Part shown: positions 18,076-27,621 of the stretch, in pieces
Position numbering within the stretch: the first letter of the stretch is position 1
How the letters are laid out: every line of letters begins with the position of its first letter
Assembly: GCA_918797485.1 (NCBI GenBank)
Contig: CAKKNE010000004.1
Span: forward strand, 3,286,001-3,350,000
Source: Pelagomonas calceolata
Lineage: Eukaryota
Direction of reading: 5' to 3'
Length of the DNA: 64,000 bases
Notes under the pieces: generated by a model
Seen by the model: the letters and a program-made list of their open reading frames with translations, nothing else
What the model was told of the DNA's origin: nothing
The model's database searches: none
Made by a program: the position numbers and the translations under genes

Positions 18076-19431
18076 ATGGCGTCCTGGCTCGCCGCGCTCC
18101 TGAGAGCGGCGAACAACAACCGCCGCACGTGCCTGATCGGGGCCCTCGCGCTCTGGCACCTCGTGCGGTGGCGCCGCGCGAGGGAATTGGAGGACGAGGA
18201 GCGCGTCGCGCGGGCGGAGGCGCGGATCCGCGACGAGCGCCGGCGGCGCGACGACGCGCAGCGCGAGCGGCGGCGGCGGCGGCGGCGGCGCGCGGGCGCC
18301 TACACGCTGCAGGAGGCCGGCGCGACGCAGGGCGCGCTCGGCGACGAGAAGACGAGCGGCTACGGCTGGTTCCTCACGAAGCCGCTCCAGTCCTTCGACG
18401 AAGTGTCACGGGAGAAGAAGGCGAAGCGGTCCGTCCGCTTCCAGCTCGACGCGGCGCAGGAGTTTTATGGGTTTGCCTTCCGGTGCCGCGATTCGATATG
18501 TGTCGCGCACGGCACGCAGCCCGAGTTCGTCGGGCTGAGTTTGACAGAGTGCTTAAGAAGGACGCGCAATGACGCCATCGACGGGGAGGAGCTCCACGGC
18601 CGCTTCTGCGCGGCGGCGTCCGTCGAAGGCGGCTCGTGGGTCGAGTACGCGTGGCGGCGCACGGCTTCATCTCCCCTAAAAACGAAGGGCGCCTGGATTT
18701 CTAGAGTTACGGCGAAGAACGGCGACGACTTGTACGTGGGTGTGGGTTTTGCCGTCTTGCCGCCCATTCAAGCACCGACGGACGGGTTGTATGGGTTTGT
18801 GGTGAACGGCGACGGGAAGATCGTGGCGCACGGCGGCTCGCGGGCCTTGGTGGGCAAGACGCTCGAGGACGCCGTGCGCCTCTCGGACAACAATGAGGTC
18901 GATGGCGCGGAACTGACGCGGCGCATCGTGGGCGCGGGGGAACGGGGCGGCGGCTGGCTCGCCTACCCCTGGCGGAACCAGGCCTCGGATACGTTAAAGG
19001 GCAAGGGTTGTTATGTGGTGAAGCTGCAGCGGGACGCAACCGAAGCGACGGACTCGGGCGGCGAGCTCTCGGGGAGCGAGCTGTCGGGCGGCGAGCTCTC
19101 GGACGAGGGTATATTGAGGCGGAAGGTCGGGAGGCGGGCCGTCGGCGCGGACACGGTGCTCTACGCCGGCGTGGGCTACTTTGAGCGCGATGCGCGGCAC
19201 ACGCCGCCCCAGATCCCGCCGTCGCCCGAGGCGGCGCGCGCGGCCCTCAACGCATTGGTCGAGGTCGTGGGCGGGGGCGCGGACCCGGCGACCGCCGTGA
19301 GCGACGACCGGCTGGGCGCGGCCGCGGCGGCGTCGACGTGCTGGTCGCGGACGGCGCTGCCGCGGGAGCTCGCGGACGTGCTGCGAGAAAGGGCCGTGGC
19401 CCACATCCGCGACGCGACGATCTCGTTCTGA
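18076..19431 (+). CDS. Membrane-anchored protein with two tandem Cache_2-type (sCache_2/dCache_2) domains
   Basis: N-terminal hydrophobic helix. Two repeats of YGF...VAHG....VG..L...GG(S/G)W(V/L)xYxW...KG....LY(V/A)GVG. Confidence 0.8.
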   Translation: MASWLAALLRAANNNRRTCLIGALALWHLVRWRRARELEDEERVARAEARIRDERRRRDDAQRERRRRRRRRAGAYTLQEAGATQGALGDEKTSGYGWFLTKPLQSFDEVSREKKAKRSVRFQLDAAQEFYGFAFRCRDSICVAHGTQPEFVGLSLTECLRRTRNDAIDGEELHGRFCAAASVEGGSWVEYAWRRTASSPLKTKGAWISRVTAKNGDDLYVGVGFAVLPPIQAPTDGLYGFVVNGDGKIVAHGGSRALVGKTLEDAVRLSDNNEVDGAELTRRIVGAGERGGGWLAYPWRNQASDTLKGKGCYVVKLQRDATEATDSGGELSGSELSGGELSDEGILRRKVGRRAVGADTVLYAGVGYFERDARHTPPQIPPSPEAARAALNALVEVVGGGADPATAVSDDRLGAAAAASTCWSRTALPRELADVLRERAVAHIRDATISF

Positions 19432-19451
19432 TTTGTGTCCTTTTGTGACTG

Positions 19452-19565
19452 TTGCTTTGCTTAGAGCTCTAGCTCGCTAGGCCGCCTAGCCACCAAGCCG
19501 CCGCCTCGCTGCTTGACCGCACGCCCGCCCCGCCCTCGGCCCTCATACGCCGTCGCCCCGAGTGT
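19452..19565 (+). repeat. Convergent-3'-end dispersed repeat, copy A
   Basis: TTGCTTTGCTT...GGCCGCCTAGCCACC...GGCCCTCATACGCCGTCGCCCCGAG, shared with 57425-57520 and 47760-47815 (reverse). Confidence 0.75.
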
Positions 19566-19617
19566 GCTAAGTATAATTTGTTACTCGATGACTAGATGAT
19601 GTCGGCGATGCGTGAAT

Positions 19618-21240
19618 TCAGAAGTCCACCTCCCAGCCGTCCTGCGGCTGGTAGTGGACGAAGACGTTCGCGTAGGACCGCCCCTTGAATGGAGACGGCC
19701 GCCCGTGCAGCAGCCGCGCGGACTCGTACAAGAGCAAATCGCCGGGCTTCATATTCACGGCGTGCAATTTGCCGCCGTGGTCCAAAATCTCGACGGGCCA
19801 GTCGTCGCCTCCACCCAACTCCTGGGCGACGTTCATGATGCCGCTGACGACGTGGGTCTGGGCCGTGTCGACGTGGAGGTGTAAGTACGAGCCCGTCTCG
19901 TAGGTTCTCACACCATAAGCAGACGTGCCCTTCAGGGGTCCCACGGACGGCGCCCAGGCCTCCATCGTCTTTTGCAACTCGTCGAAGACGAAGCGCTTGA
20001 CGTCCGGGGGTAAAGGCGTATGCCACGTCGTAATTTGATGTTGATTATACAAAGGGCCGCCGTCGTCCTCTTCCCTTCTATGGGTCGCGTGGCTCGCGTT
20101 GTAGAACTGTTCCACGGCCTCGAAAACAGGTGAAGGCGTCCTTATTAACCGGAAGCCGTCTTCAGTGACATTTGGCGTTAAAGCGATCTGCACATCTGAT
20201 AGAGCCTTCCTCTTTTCAAAGGCGAGGTCCCGCACCTTTTCTCCTACCGCAAACCGCACGCGCGCGTCGCGCCCTTCCGGGCCTTGCAACGAAGCCAGAC
20301 GCTCCATCTCCTTCCGCTGCCCTTGGGCCGCGTGCGGGTCGTGTGGAATTGATCCTTCTTGGCACGTCTCCGCCTCCGCTATCAACGCTTCGTTGATCAC
20401 GGCCGCGTCCCCGACGCCGCGCACGGTCACCTGGCCCAGGAATCGTCCCTCTTCGTCGCCGACGGCGAAGACGTGGCCCACGAATGTGCCCAGCGACGTC
20501 GAAGCGCCCGGCGCCAGAAACGACACCTGCTTGTAGGGCGAGTGGTCCCTTAAACCTTCCTCCTGCTCGAGGTCGAACCAGTGGAGCGTGACATTGACCT
20601 CCAACTCGTTCGTCACCAAAAACTTTTTCACCGCCATGGAGTGCCGGACGCGCTCGGCGAGCGCGTAGCGGAGGCCCCTCGCATCCGACAACGGGATGGA
20701 GACCGCGTTTTGTAGAGAAGGCGCCTCCTCCTCAATGTCGTCGCGCGGCTCGACCAGGAACGCGCCGCACGCGTCGTCTCCATCAAAAGGCCACGCGCCG
20801 CGCCACTGCGACCGTCTTGCCACACCCGTCGCGAGGAAGCGCGCGGGCCGGTTCCGCTGCGCGTGCCTCAGACTCACGAGCAGCGACTGCGCGTCCACCG
20901 CACCGCACGGCGCACATGTTGCGCAGCTCTTTCGGCAGCTGCGCAGCATGTATCCCGGGTTCGCGTCGCACTCGCCCGCGGCCGCCCACGTCGCGCACTG
21001 TTCATGCTGATCGTCGCAGGGCGTCTCTACGTCGTCGGCGGCGACGACCAGCGCGGCGGTCCAGCCGTCGCGCGGCGCGAGCTTCCTGATATCGCTCCAC
21101 GAGCTCACGTTGCGCGCGTGCCACGACGTGTCGTAGAGGCCGTTGACCACGTGCGGGAGGACGCGCGTGTCCTTTTTTTTGCTGTGCCAGAAGGCGGCGC
21201 GGGCTGCGGCCAGGCCTATGAGCAAGCGCACGGCTGGCAT
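19618..21240 (-). CDS. Secreted ShK-domain 2OG-Fe(II) dioxygenase (prolyl-4-hydroxylase-like)
   Basis: Signal peptide; CDDQHEQCATWAAAGECDANPGYMLRSCRKSCATC (ShK); YGVRTY...LHLHVD (HxD)...MKPGDLLLYESARLLHGRP. Confidence 0.88.
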   Translation of the reverse strand: MPAVRLLIGLAAARAAFWHSKKKDTRVLPHVVNGLYDTSWHARNVSSWSDIRKLAPRDGWTAALVVAADDVETPCDDQHEQCATWAAAGECDANPGYMLRSCRKSCATCAPCGAVDAQSLLVSLRHAQRNRPARFLATGVARRSQWRGAWPFDGDDACGAFLVEPRDDIEEEAPSLQNAVSIPLSDARGLRYALAERVRHSMAVKKFLVTNELEVNVTLHWFDLEQEEGLRDHSPYKQVSFLAPGASTSLGTFVGHVFAVGDEEGRFLGQVTVRGVGDAAVINEALIAEAETCQEGSIPHDPHAAQGQRKEMERLASLQGPEGRDARVRFAVGEKVRDLAFEKRKALSDVQIALTPNVTEDGFRLIRTPSPVFEAVEQFYNASHATHRREEDDGGPLYNQHQITTWHTPLPPDVKRFVFDELQKTMEAWAPSVGPLKGTSAYGVRTYETGSYLHLHVDTAQTHVVSGIMNVAQELGGGDDWPVEILDHGGKLHAVNMKPGDLLLYESARLLHGRPSPFKGRSYANVFVHYQPQDGWEVDF

Positions 21241-21409
21241 GGCTGGGATGGCAGCTCTTGACAATGTTTGACAAGTCCAGCGCTGCAGCACTCTGACAGA
21301 ATCTACTTTCGACAGTGCTGGAGCACAATAGCGTGCAACTTGATGAGCTTGACGCGCCTGCCTAGCCTAGCCTGATTTAGCTCGTTCGACCCCGGCTGAA
21401 TTTTTTCGC

Positions 21410-21431
21410 GCTAGTGGCCTACACCGCTAGT
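21410..21431. promoter_or_regulatory. Divergent copy of CTAG-bracketed motif (GCTAGTGGCCTACACCGCTAGT)
   Basis: Degenerate match in the divergent region 21240/21632. Confidence 0.5.
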
Positions 21432-21631
21432 CATTATGGAGAGCATCGAAGCGCTGTAGCCAAACGCGCGAGTTACGCACGAACCGCACGCGCTACGCAC
21501 TCGGGAGACCACCCTCTCGTCTCAGAAGACAGTTTATCACGCGCGCGCTTCGTACCGGAGCCGCACACAGGAGCAACAGGGTTCGGAGAGCCTGTGGTCA
21601 GATTCGGCAACCAAGCCGATAGCCGGCAAGG

Positions 21632-23452
21632 ATGGCCTGTTATGGCCGCTACGAGCCGACAGCGTCGAGCAGCGGCGGCGGCGACTGGATCGCCAGGCTC
21701 GAACAAGGCAGCGGCCCCGTAACGTCGCCGCAAGTCAACGCCATCGCGGCCGAAGGTCTTTACGACTATCAGAAGGAAGCGGTGCGCCGGGCGCTCGAGC
21801 GCGACGGCCGCATCTTGCTGGCCCACGACATGGGCTTAGGAAAGACTGTAACCGGACTTACGATCATGAACCACTACCGCGGCGACTGGCCGTTATTGAT
21901 CTTGTGCCCGAAGGCCGTGCTGACGCAGTGGGCCGAAGAGGTGGCGCGCTGGTGCCGCCACCCCAGAACTGGGCCGCCCACGACCGCGATAGTCAAGGGC
22001 AAAGTCACGCGCCAGGGCAAAAGTGTAATTGACATAAAAGGCTCCGTCGTCCGCGGCGACATGAAAGTGAAGAAATTCGACGGCGAGGTCAAGGTCGTCA
22101 TCACGACCTTCGACGTGCTCGCGCGCAATCTCGACGCGCTGCGCTTCCGCCCGGGCGGCGGCGCGTGGCGCGCCGTGATTCTGGACGAGTCGCACAAGTG
22201 CAAGAGCCCGGAGACGAAACGGACGCAAGCCGTGTTGCCCGTGGCGCTCGGCGCGGCGCGCTGCGTGCTCCTGACGGGGACGCCGATGTGTAGTGGGGCC
22301 AACGACCTGTGGACCCAGATTAACATGGCGGCCCAGCCGCGAGCTAGGAGTGCATTGATACCGTTCGGGCGCTTCCAGCGGCGCTACTGCGAGCACAGCA
22401 CCATCCGCACGCCCTACGGATCGATCGACCGCTACAGCGGCGTCAAGAAAGAGCATGAGGAGGAGCTCAACCGCGTGCTGAGAACGGTCATCGACCGCGC
22501 GAAGAAGGAGGACGTCGCGTCGCAGCTGCCGTCGAAGACCGTCGCGCCGGTCTACTTCACGGCCTCGCCCGCCATCCGCAAGAAGCTCAACGAGCGACAG
22601 GCTCGGTTCAAGGCGATGCAGAAAGCCGACGAGATCGCCGAGCTCGAGGGCACCGACGAACGGGTGCCGACGCACGAAGTACTGAAACTCTTCGTCGATA
22701 ACGCCGTCGAGCGAGCTGAAGCATCAGCGGAGTGGGTCAAGGAGTTCTTCGTCGAGCGCGAGGGCGACGACAAGTGCATCGTCTTCGCCTACCACCGCGC
22801 CGTGCTCGACGAGCTCGAGAAGCACCTCAAGAAGTGTACCATGATCCGCATCGACGGCTCGACGTCGTCGCGCGAGCGCGAGGCGCTCCTGGATCGCTTC
22901 AAGACCGACGACAAGTGCCGCATCGCGCTGCTGTCGCTGGGCACGTGCTCCACGGGCCTGAACCTTCAGCACGCGCGGACCATCTTGTTTGCGGAGATGT
23001 ACTGGTCGCAGACGCTCCACGCCCAGGCCGAGGACCGCATCCATCGCATCGGCTCCGAGGAGCCGTGCAACATCTTCTACGCGATGTTTCCCAATTCATT
23101 GGACGGCATGGTCTACGCGTCGCTGCGGCGCAAGGCGGAGACGGTGCGCAACGTCGTCGACGCGGCGCCTCCTGCGACGCCTGCGAAACGCAAGCCGGTG
23201 CCCAAGGTCACGCCGGACGCCAAGGGCGTCCTCGACCTGACGACCGCGCTGGCGAGTGGCCCGCCGCCCGTGACGCCCAAGAAGCGCCGGCGCATCATCG
23301 AAGAGAGCGACGACTCGGAGGACTGCGAGATGGGCGAGACGCTCTCCGCGGAGGAGCGCTCGCGCCGCGCCCAAGCTGCCGCCGAGCGCGCGGGCGACGT
23401 CCAGGACGTCGACGACGACTGCCCCCTCGAGTGCGTCCCCGTGAAGAAGTAA
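21632..23452 (+). CDS. SNF2-family annealing helicase, SMARCAL1/ZRANB3-like
   Basis: LYDYQKEAV, LLAHDMGLGKT, WPLLILCP, ILDESH, LLTGTP, IRIDGST, TGLNL, QAEDRIHRIG. Confidence 0.92.
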   Translation: MACYGRYEPTASSSGGGDWIARLEQGSGPVTSPQVNAIAAEGLYDYQKEAVRRALERDGRILLAHDMGLGKTVTGLTIMNHYRGDWPLLILCPKAVLTQWAEEVARWCRHPRTGPPTTAIVKGKVTRQGKSVIDIKGSVVRGDMKVKKFDGEVKVVITTFDVLARNLDALRFRPGGGAWRAVILDESHKCKSPETKRTQAVLPVALGAARCVLLTGTPMCSGANDLWTQINMAAQPRARSALIPFGRFQRRYCEHSTIRTPYGSIDRYSGVKKEHEEELNRVLRTVIDRAKKEDVASQLPSKTVAPVYFTASPAIRKKLNERQARFKAMQKADEIAELEGTDERVPTHEVLKLFVDNAVERAEASAEWVKEFFVEREGDDKCIVFAYHRAVLDELEKHLKKCTMIRIDGSTSSREREALLDRFKTDDKCRIALLSLGTCSTGLNLQHARTILFAEMYWSQTLHAQAEDRIHRIGSEEPCNIFYAMFPNSLDGMVYASLRRKAETVRNVVDAAPPATPAKRKPVPKVTPDAKGVLDLTTALASGPPPVTPKKRRRIIEESDDSEDCEMGETLSAEERSRRAQAAAERAGDVQDVDDDCPLECVPVKK

Positions 23453-23473
23453 GCCTGTTTCTGTTACAGTTAC

Positions 23474-24208
23474 TCATCGGTCCATCGCCTCCGTCAGGAG
23501 CGGCGTGCCGGCGTAGGGCGGCGGCTTCGCCGTCTGCGCGACGGGGTTATAGCCCTGGTAATTTCCCGGCGACGCGCCGCCGCCCTCCCTATATTTAATC
23601 TCGGCGTCGACCTGGGCCGTCATGCAGCCGGCGGTCGCGAAGAACACGATCTCCGCGATGAGGTCCAGCAGTCGCGCGAGGTGCCGGAAGTTGCGGTTGA
23701 ACATGGCGATGCAGTGGCAAACACAGGACAAAACTTGCACGAAGTTGTTGAACCGGATGATGCGGTTGTCGCACTCGTCCGCCGCGAGGTGGTACATGTC
23801 CATCAGCAGGAAGCGCGTCGACGACACGGCCAACCCGGGACAGAGGCAGGCCTCGAGGCACATGCACGTCCGCGGAAACTCGCGTTCCCCGCAGTGGCCC
23901 GGCTGGAAGCACAGGCAGGCCGGCAAATACCCCTGGCAGCACAAATAATTCTCCCACTCCGAGCCCGGCGCCACATGATTCAGCGCTCGGTACCGCATGT
24001 GCCACTGGCAGCAGATGAACGTCACCGGGAAGCCGCCCGCGAGGCACTGGAGCGGCGCGCGGAGCGGCGCGTCGCCCATCCCCAACTGGAAGGTCTCTCT
24101 ATTCGTCGCGTACTTCTCGTACGTCGCGCCGCGGCCGCCCTCGGCGCCGTACTCGTCGGGCCGCAGCGGCTCGCCCGAGAAGCAAAAACACAGGGAGTTG
24201 CAAGCCAT
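23474..24208 (-). CDS. PLAC8-family Cys-rich protein
   Basis: YLCCQGY, MCLEACLCPGLAVSSTRF, DECDNRIIRFNN, GCMTAQV. Confidence 0.8.
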   Translation of the reverse strand: MACNSLCFCFSGEPLRPDEYGAEGGRGATYEKYATNRETFQLGMGDAPLRAPLQCLAGGFPVTFICCQWHMRYRALNHVAPGSEWENYLCCQGYLPACLCFQPGHCGEREFPRTCMCLEACLCPGLAVSSTRFLLMDMYHLAADECDNRIIRFNNFVQVLSCVCHCIAMFNRNFRHLARLLDLIAEIVFFATAGCMTAQVDAEIKYREGGGASPGNYQGYNPVAQTAKPPPYAGTPLLTEAMDR

Positions 24209-24416
24209 GGCTGGTGGTGGTTAAGGGAGGCAGCCCGCGTCGATGGAAGGGCAGCCCTCGGCGGCCGCGTGGGATGATTTGTGCGTTCCTGCGGTGGCTA
24301 TACGCGTCGTAGGCTCGCGTGCCAACCCGGCGTCGAGGATGCGAAAGCAGAGAAACGCGAGGCGGCCGAGCCGCTATCTATCGATGCGCTCGGGCCGACG
24401 ACTCGAACACTAGGAC

Positions 24417-25346
24417 TTACTGCGTCGGCATCGACCCGTCCGTCGGCGGCGACGGGGCCCGGGCCCTCCGGGGATCGGGCGCGCTGGCGCGCAGCTCCGC
24501 CACCCGTGCCGCCCGCGCCTCCTGGGCGGCCAGGCGCGCCTCGCGTGCGACGCGGTTCGAGCGCTCCCGGACGACCTCCTCAGTCTTTTCCTCGCGGTCC
24601 GTCCCAAAGGAGCGCAGCGCGTTCGCGCGCGTCTCCTCGTTCGCCCTTTTACGCTCGAGCCTCGCCAACCTCCGCTTCCGCTCGGCGTCCGCGCGCGCCG
24701 CCCGCGCCGCGGTCTCGTCGCGCCGCGCCTGCTCCCGGGCCGCGTCCCAGACGCGCGTCGCGGCCTCGGGCCCGCCCGGCGCCGTCGCGATCAACGCCGC
24801 TCGCGGGCCCAGCGTCGAAACCGCTTGGTCGAGCGCCGCGTCGTCGTCATAGCGAATACCTCCCGCCTGGCCGAGGTCGTAGGGCGCACCTTTCGGCGCG
24901 CAGGCGTCGGCGTAGGCGCGCACGTCGCGCAGCGTTTCGTCGGTGCTGAATGCGGCTTCTAATCTCGCGCCTGACGGCAGCCTGATCACGAGCGCGACGT
25001 GCGGCGACGGTGGCTTGTATGAAGCGCACCAGGCAAGCGCCGCCCGAAGCTTCGCGTCGTCGGCGTTTGCCAGCGAGATCGCGTCGGCGCGCTCGTCGCT
25101 CTTAAAGCCGAGGCTCGCGAGGAGCTCGCGGCCGCCCGGCCGCCCCAGAAGGCGCTGCTGGCATACGCGCCCCGACTGCTTGAGGCTCCTGTATTTCTCT
25201 TCGCCGGGGTTGTCCAATATTTTGGACAGGATCGATGCGACGAGTTGGAGGAGGTCCTGCAGCGCCTCCGGTGGGTTCAGGGCAACCGTGCGACGCGTGC
25301 GTTCCGTGGCGGTCCATGCCGGGCCATCACTGTCGAACGTGGCCAT
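24417..25346 (-). CDS. PUB + UBX domain protein (p97/CDC48 cofactor)
   Basis: ILDNPGEEKYRSLK...GGRELLASLGF (PUB); IRLPSGARLEAAFSTDETLRDV (UBX); coiled-coil tail. Confidence 0.88.
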   Translation of the reverse strand: MATFDSDGPAWTATERTRRTVALNPPEALQDLLQLVASILSKILDNPGEEKYRSLKQSGRVCQQRLLGRPGGRELLASLGFKSDERADAISLANADDAKLRAALAWCASYKPPSPHVALVIRLPSGARLEAAFSTDETLRDVRAYADACAPKGAPYDLGQAGGIRYDDDAALDQAVSTLGPRAALIATAPGGPEAATRVWDAAREQARRDETAARAARADAERKRRLARLERKRANEETRANALRSFGTDREEKTEEVVRERSNRVAREARLAAQEARAARVAELRASAPDPRRARAPSPPTDGSMPTQ

Positions 25347-25456
25347 CGATGGTAATCGGGCAGCTCCGTGGAGGCGCACAGGCACTCCCTGGGATAGAGC
25401 ATGCTAGTGTGTTACCCATTAACTTTAAGTGAGGAGTTCCTACGCTCCGGCAGGCG

Positions 25457-25909
25457 TCAGAGCCCGAGGCAGCCGCAGCCCGAGTCCTTGGAGTTGAGGA
25501 CGATGCGCGTGCCGTCGGGGTTCGTCTGGACCTGCTCGCCGTCGACGGTCGTCTCGATGACCTTCCCGTCCTTGTTCTGCTGGCGCTTCGAGCCGTCGAG
25601 GTAGGACGTGATGACCGTGCCGTCCTTGTTCGTCTGCGTGCGCGTGCCGTCGAGGGCGATCTCGATGACCGTGCCATTCAAATTTTCTTGCACTTTGCTA
25701 CCGTCGTCAAAAGTTTTCATGACGCCGACCTTGCGCCCCGCGCGGTCGACGGCCTCGGCGGTCTTGATGACGCGCTTCGGTTTTGATGGCGGCTCCTCGG
25801 CGCTCCACGACGCGGCCTTGGACGGGATCTCGGGCGTCATCGCGCGCGTCGAGTCGTCCTTGAAGGACTCTTCTTTTGAGGCCGCCTTGTCGAAGATGCG
25901 CGAGGCCAT
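25457..25909 (-). CDS. Small protein with Tcp10_C-like beta-hairpin repeats and C-terminal CaaX
   Basis: Repeats of DG(S/T)xxQxNxDGxVI; ends SGCGCLGL. Confidence 0.7.
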   Translation of the reverse strand: MASRIFDKAASKEESFKDDSTRAMTPEIPSKAASWSAEEPPSKPKRVIKTAEAVDRAGRKVGVMKTFDDGSKVQENLNGTVIEIALDGTRTQTNKDGTVITSYLDGSKRQQNKDGKVIETTVDGEQVQTNPDGTRIVLNSKDSGCGCLGL

Positions 25910-25940
25910 CTTCTCTTGTCAATCGCTGCAACGACGACTG

Positions 25941-26137
25941 GCGGCTGCGCCAATCGATGGATAATCCTGGAAATTCAGAGGTCGATTAAACCGCGTCGGC
26001 GCGACCGGTTCCGCGTCAGCTGGCGGATAATATACAGTGGGCCGATACGTCGAGATAGGATCTCGACGCAGAAACCGGGCGTATGGCGCCGTGGCAAAGT
26101 TGGCTTTAGCGGAGCTAGCGGCATGTAACACTCTAGT
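25941..26137 (-). repeat. ~190-bp promoter-associated dispersed repeat, copy 1 (includes CTAG motif 26114-26137)
   Basis: Reverse complement aligns colinearly with 60977-61166. Confidence 0.8.
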
Positions 26138-26159
26138 AAGCTCAAAGGCAGCCGGGCTG

Positions 26160-26276
26160 CACATGAGGCCATGTGCTGCACACGCAAAAACACGGTTGGC
26201 GAGCGAAGCGGAGCAGCGAAGCTGCGCAGCGGAGCCGCCAGCCGTGTTTTTGCGTGTGCAGCACAGGCCTCATGTG
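26160..26276. mobile_element. MITE-like foldback element (~41-bp inverted arms)
   Basis: CACATGAGGCC(A)TGTGCTGCACACGCAAAAACACGG(T/C)TGGCG at 26160-26201 and its reverse complement at 26236-26276. No clear TSD. Confidence 0.65.
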
Positions 26277-26280
26277 AAGC

Positions 26281-27441
26281 CGCACAGGCCACGGCGCTAG
26301 CGATTTGGACGGATTTTGGCACGACTGCTCTCGAGGCCTTTCGACGGCCGCGAACTCTACGTTCGCGCGCTGCAACCGCGCGCAGCAGCTGCCAGACATC
26401 CTAGGGCGCCGCGACGCCAAAAATTCTAGCTGTAAACGGTTCTAGACGCGCGCTGTGCGCGAAAGACGCGTTCGCCGAGAATCGCCGAGATGCAATTTTT
26501 CACGCCCTTCCGTTTTTGCGAACTTTGAGGCCCACGGCATCGTTTCGCGTGAGTTCTGGGACGCAGCGAAACCTCTGACGCGACTTCAAAGGATTTTGTG
26601 AGCCGTGCCGGCCCGGCGCATCGAGTCGAGAACGAACGCGCAATCGCAAAAGTGCCGAACAGATGGATGCGCGCTACGCGCGCGGTCGCACAGCACTCGT
26701 GGAGCGTCGCGAGCGCTTCTATCGGCTCGGAAACCGCCTGTCGGGGCATTTAGCGCCTTTGTTTCCTAAAATTCAATTTCTTAAATATACTAAACGGGTT
26801 TCTCAGGGACTCTTTCTATGGGACCTACTGGCCACTCCCGGCCCCAGAAAGGAACAAACGCCCTACAGCCCAACCCGACGCGCCCATAGGGCCTCCCTAG
26901 TAGGCCTAGAGCGGACGGGAGCCGGGTCGCGCATTCGCGGACGGCCACCCGACGACCGCACGAGCCGCGACGATCGATTCCGCCAGTTTGGCGGAGCACC
27001 ACAGTTGCCATGATCACGTATAGCGAGCGATGCGACTCCACAGCGCGTCATAGCGATCAGTGGCTGGTTTTCATCCGCGCACTGCACTTGTGCGAAAACG
27101 CGTCTCGGCGCATGGGTGTGTGCGAGTCCTAAAGAGTGTTATAAGTCATGCTGGCGCAACGGACGTGTTGTATGTATGGTCGGCAACTGTCCCGTGGCGC
27201 GAAATGAGTCCGCGCGGCGTTTACGGGCGGCCGTGACCGATCGTAGGCATCGCAGCGCTTTTGGCTAAAATCATGCGCGCGCGCGTTTTTTTCCGTGTGT
27301 GAAGCCTGCGCGCAGTCGTTCGAGGTCCAAGGACACCCCTCGTAGCCCCACGTGTGAAACGGAGCGATTTTTATTTCGCGCGCACACGGCGCACACGGAG
27401 GGCTAGTGTGTGCACAAATCGCTAGCGCCGTGGCCTGTGCG
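26281..27441. repeat. 27-bp perfect inverted repeat bracketing 1.16 kb of non-coding DNA
   Basis: CGCACAGGCCACGGCGCTAGCGATTTG (26281-26307) and its reverse complement (27415-27441). Confidence 0.7.
27402..27426. promoter_or_regulatory. CTAG-bracketed motif copy (GCTAGTGTGTGCACAAATCGCTAGC)
   Basis: Variant copy ~200 nt upstream of ATG 27622. Confidence 0.5.
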
Positions 27442-27621
27442 CGCCAGCGTCGTATGGATGCCTAGAGCTGGATTTTTCGGAAATTGGCGCTTGTCTGCGC
27501 GCAGCTACGACCTCATACACGCTGCAACGGAAACGTACAGAACAGCTAGTGCAGCTGTGACGAGCAACAAGGCTGTCAGCCATTTGCAGTTTTTAAGGCA
27601 TCTGCTGCCGTCGAGCAATAC

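Noticed and set aside
19452..19565. 3'-end repeat as a SECIS element
   Set aside because: No correctly spaced AUGA/AA/GA kink-turn on either strand, and the flanking genes show no in-frame TGA within conserved domains.
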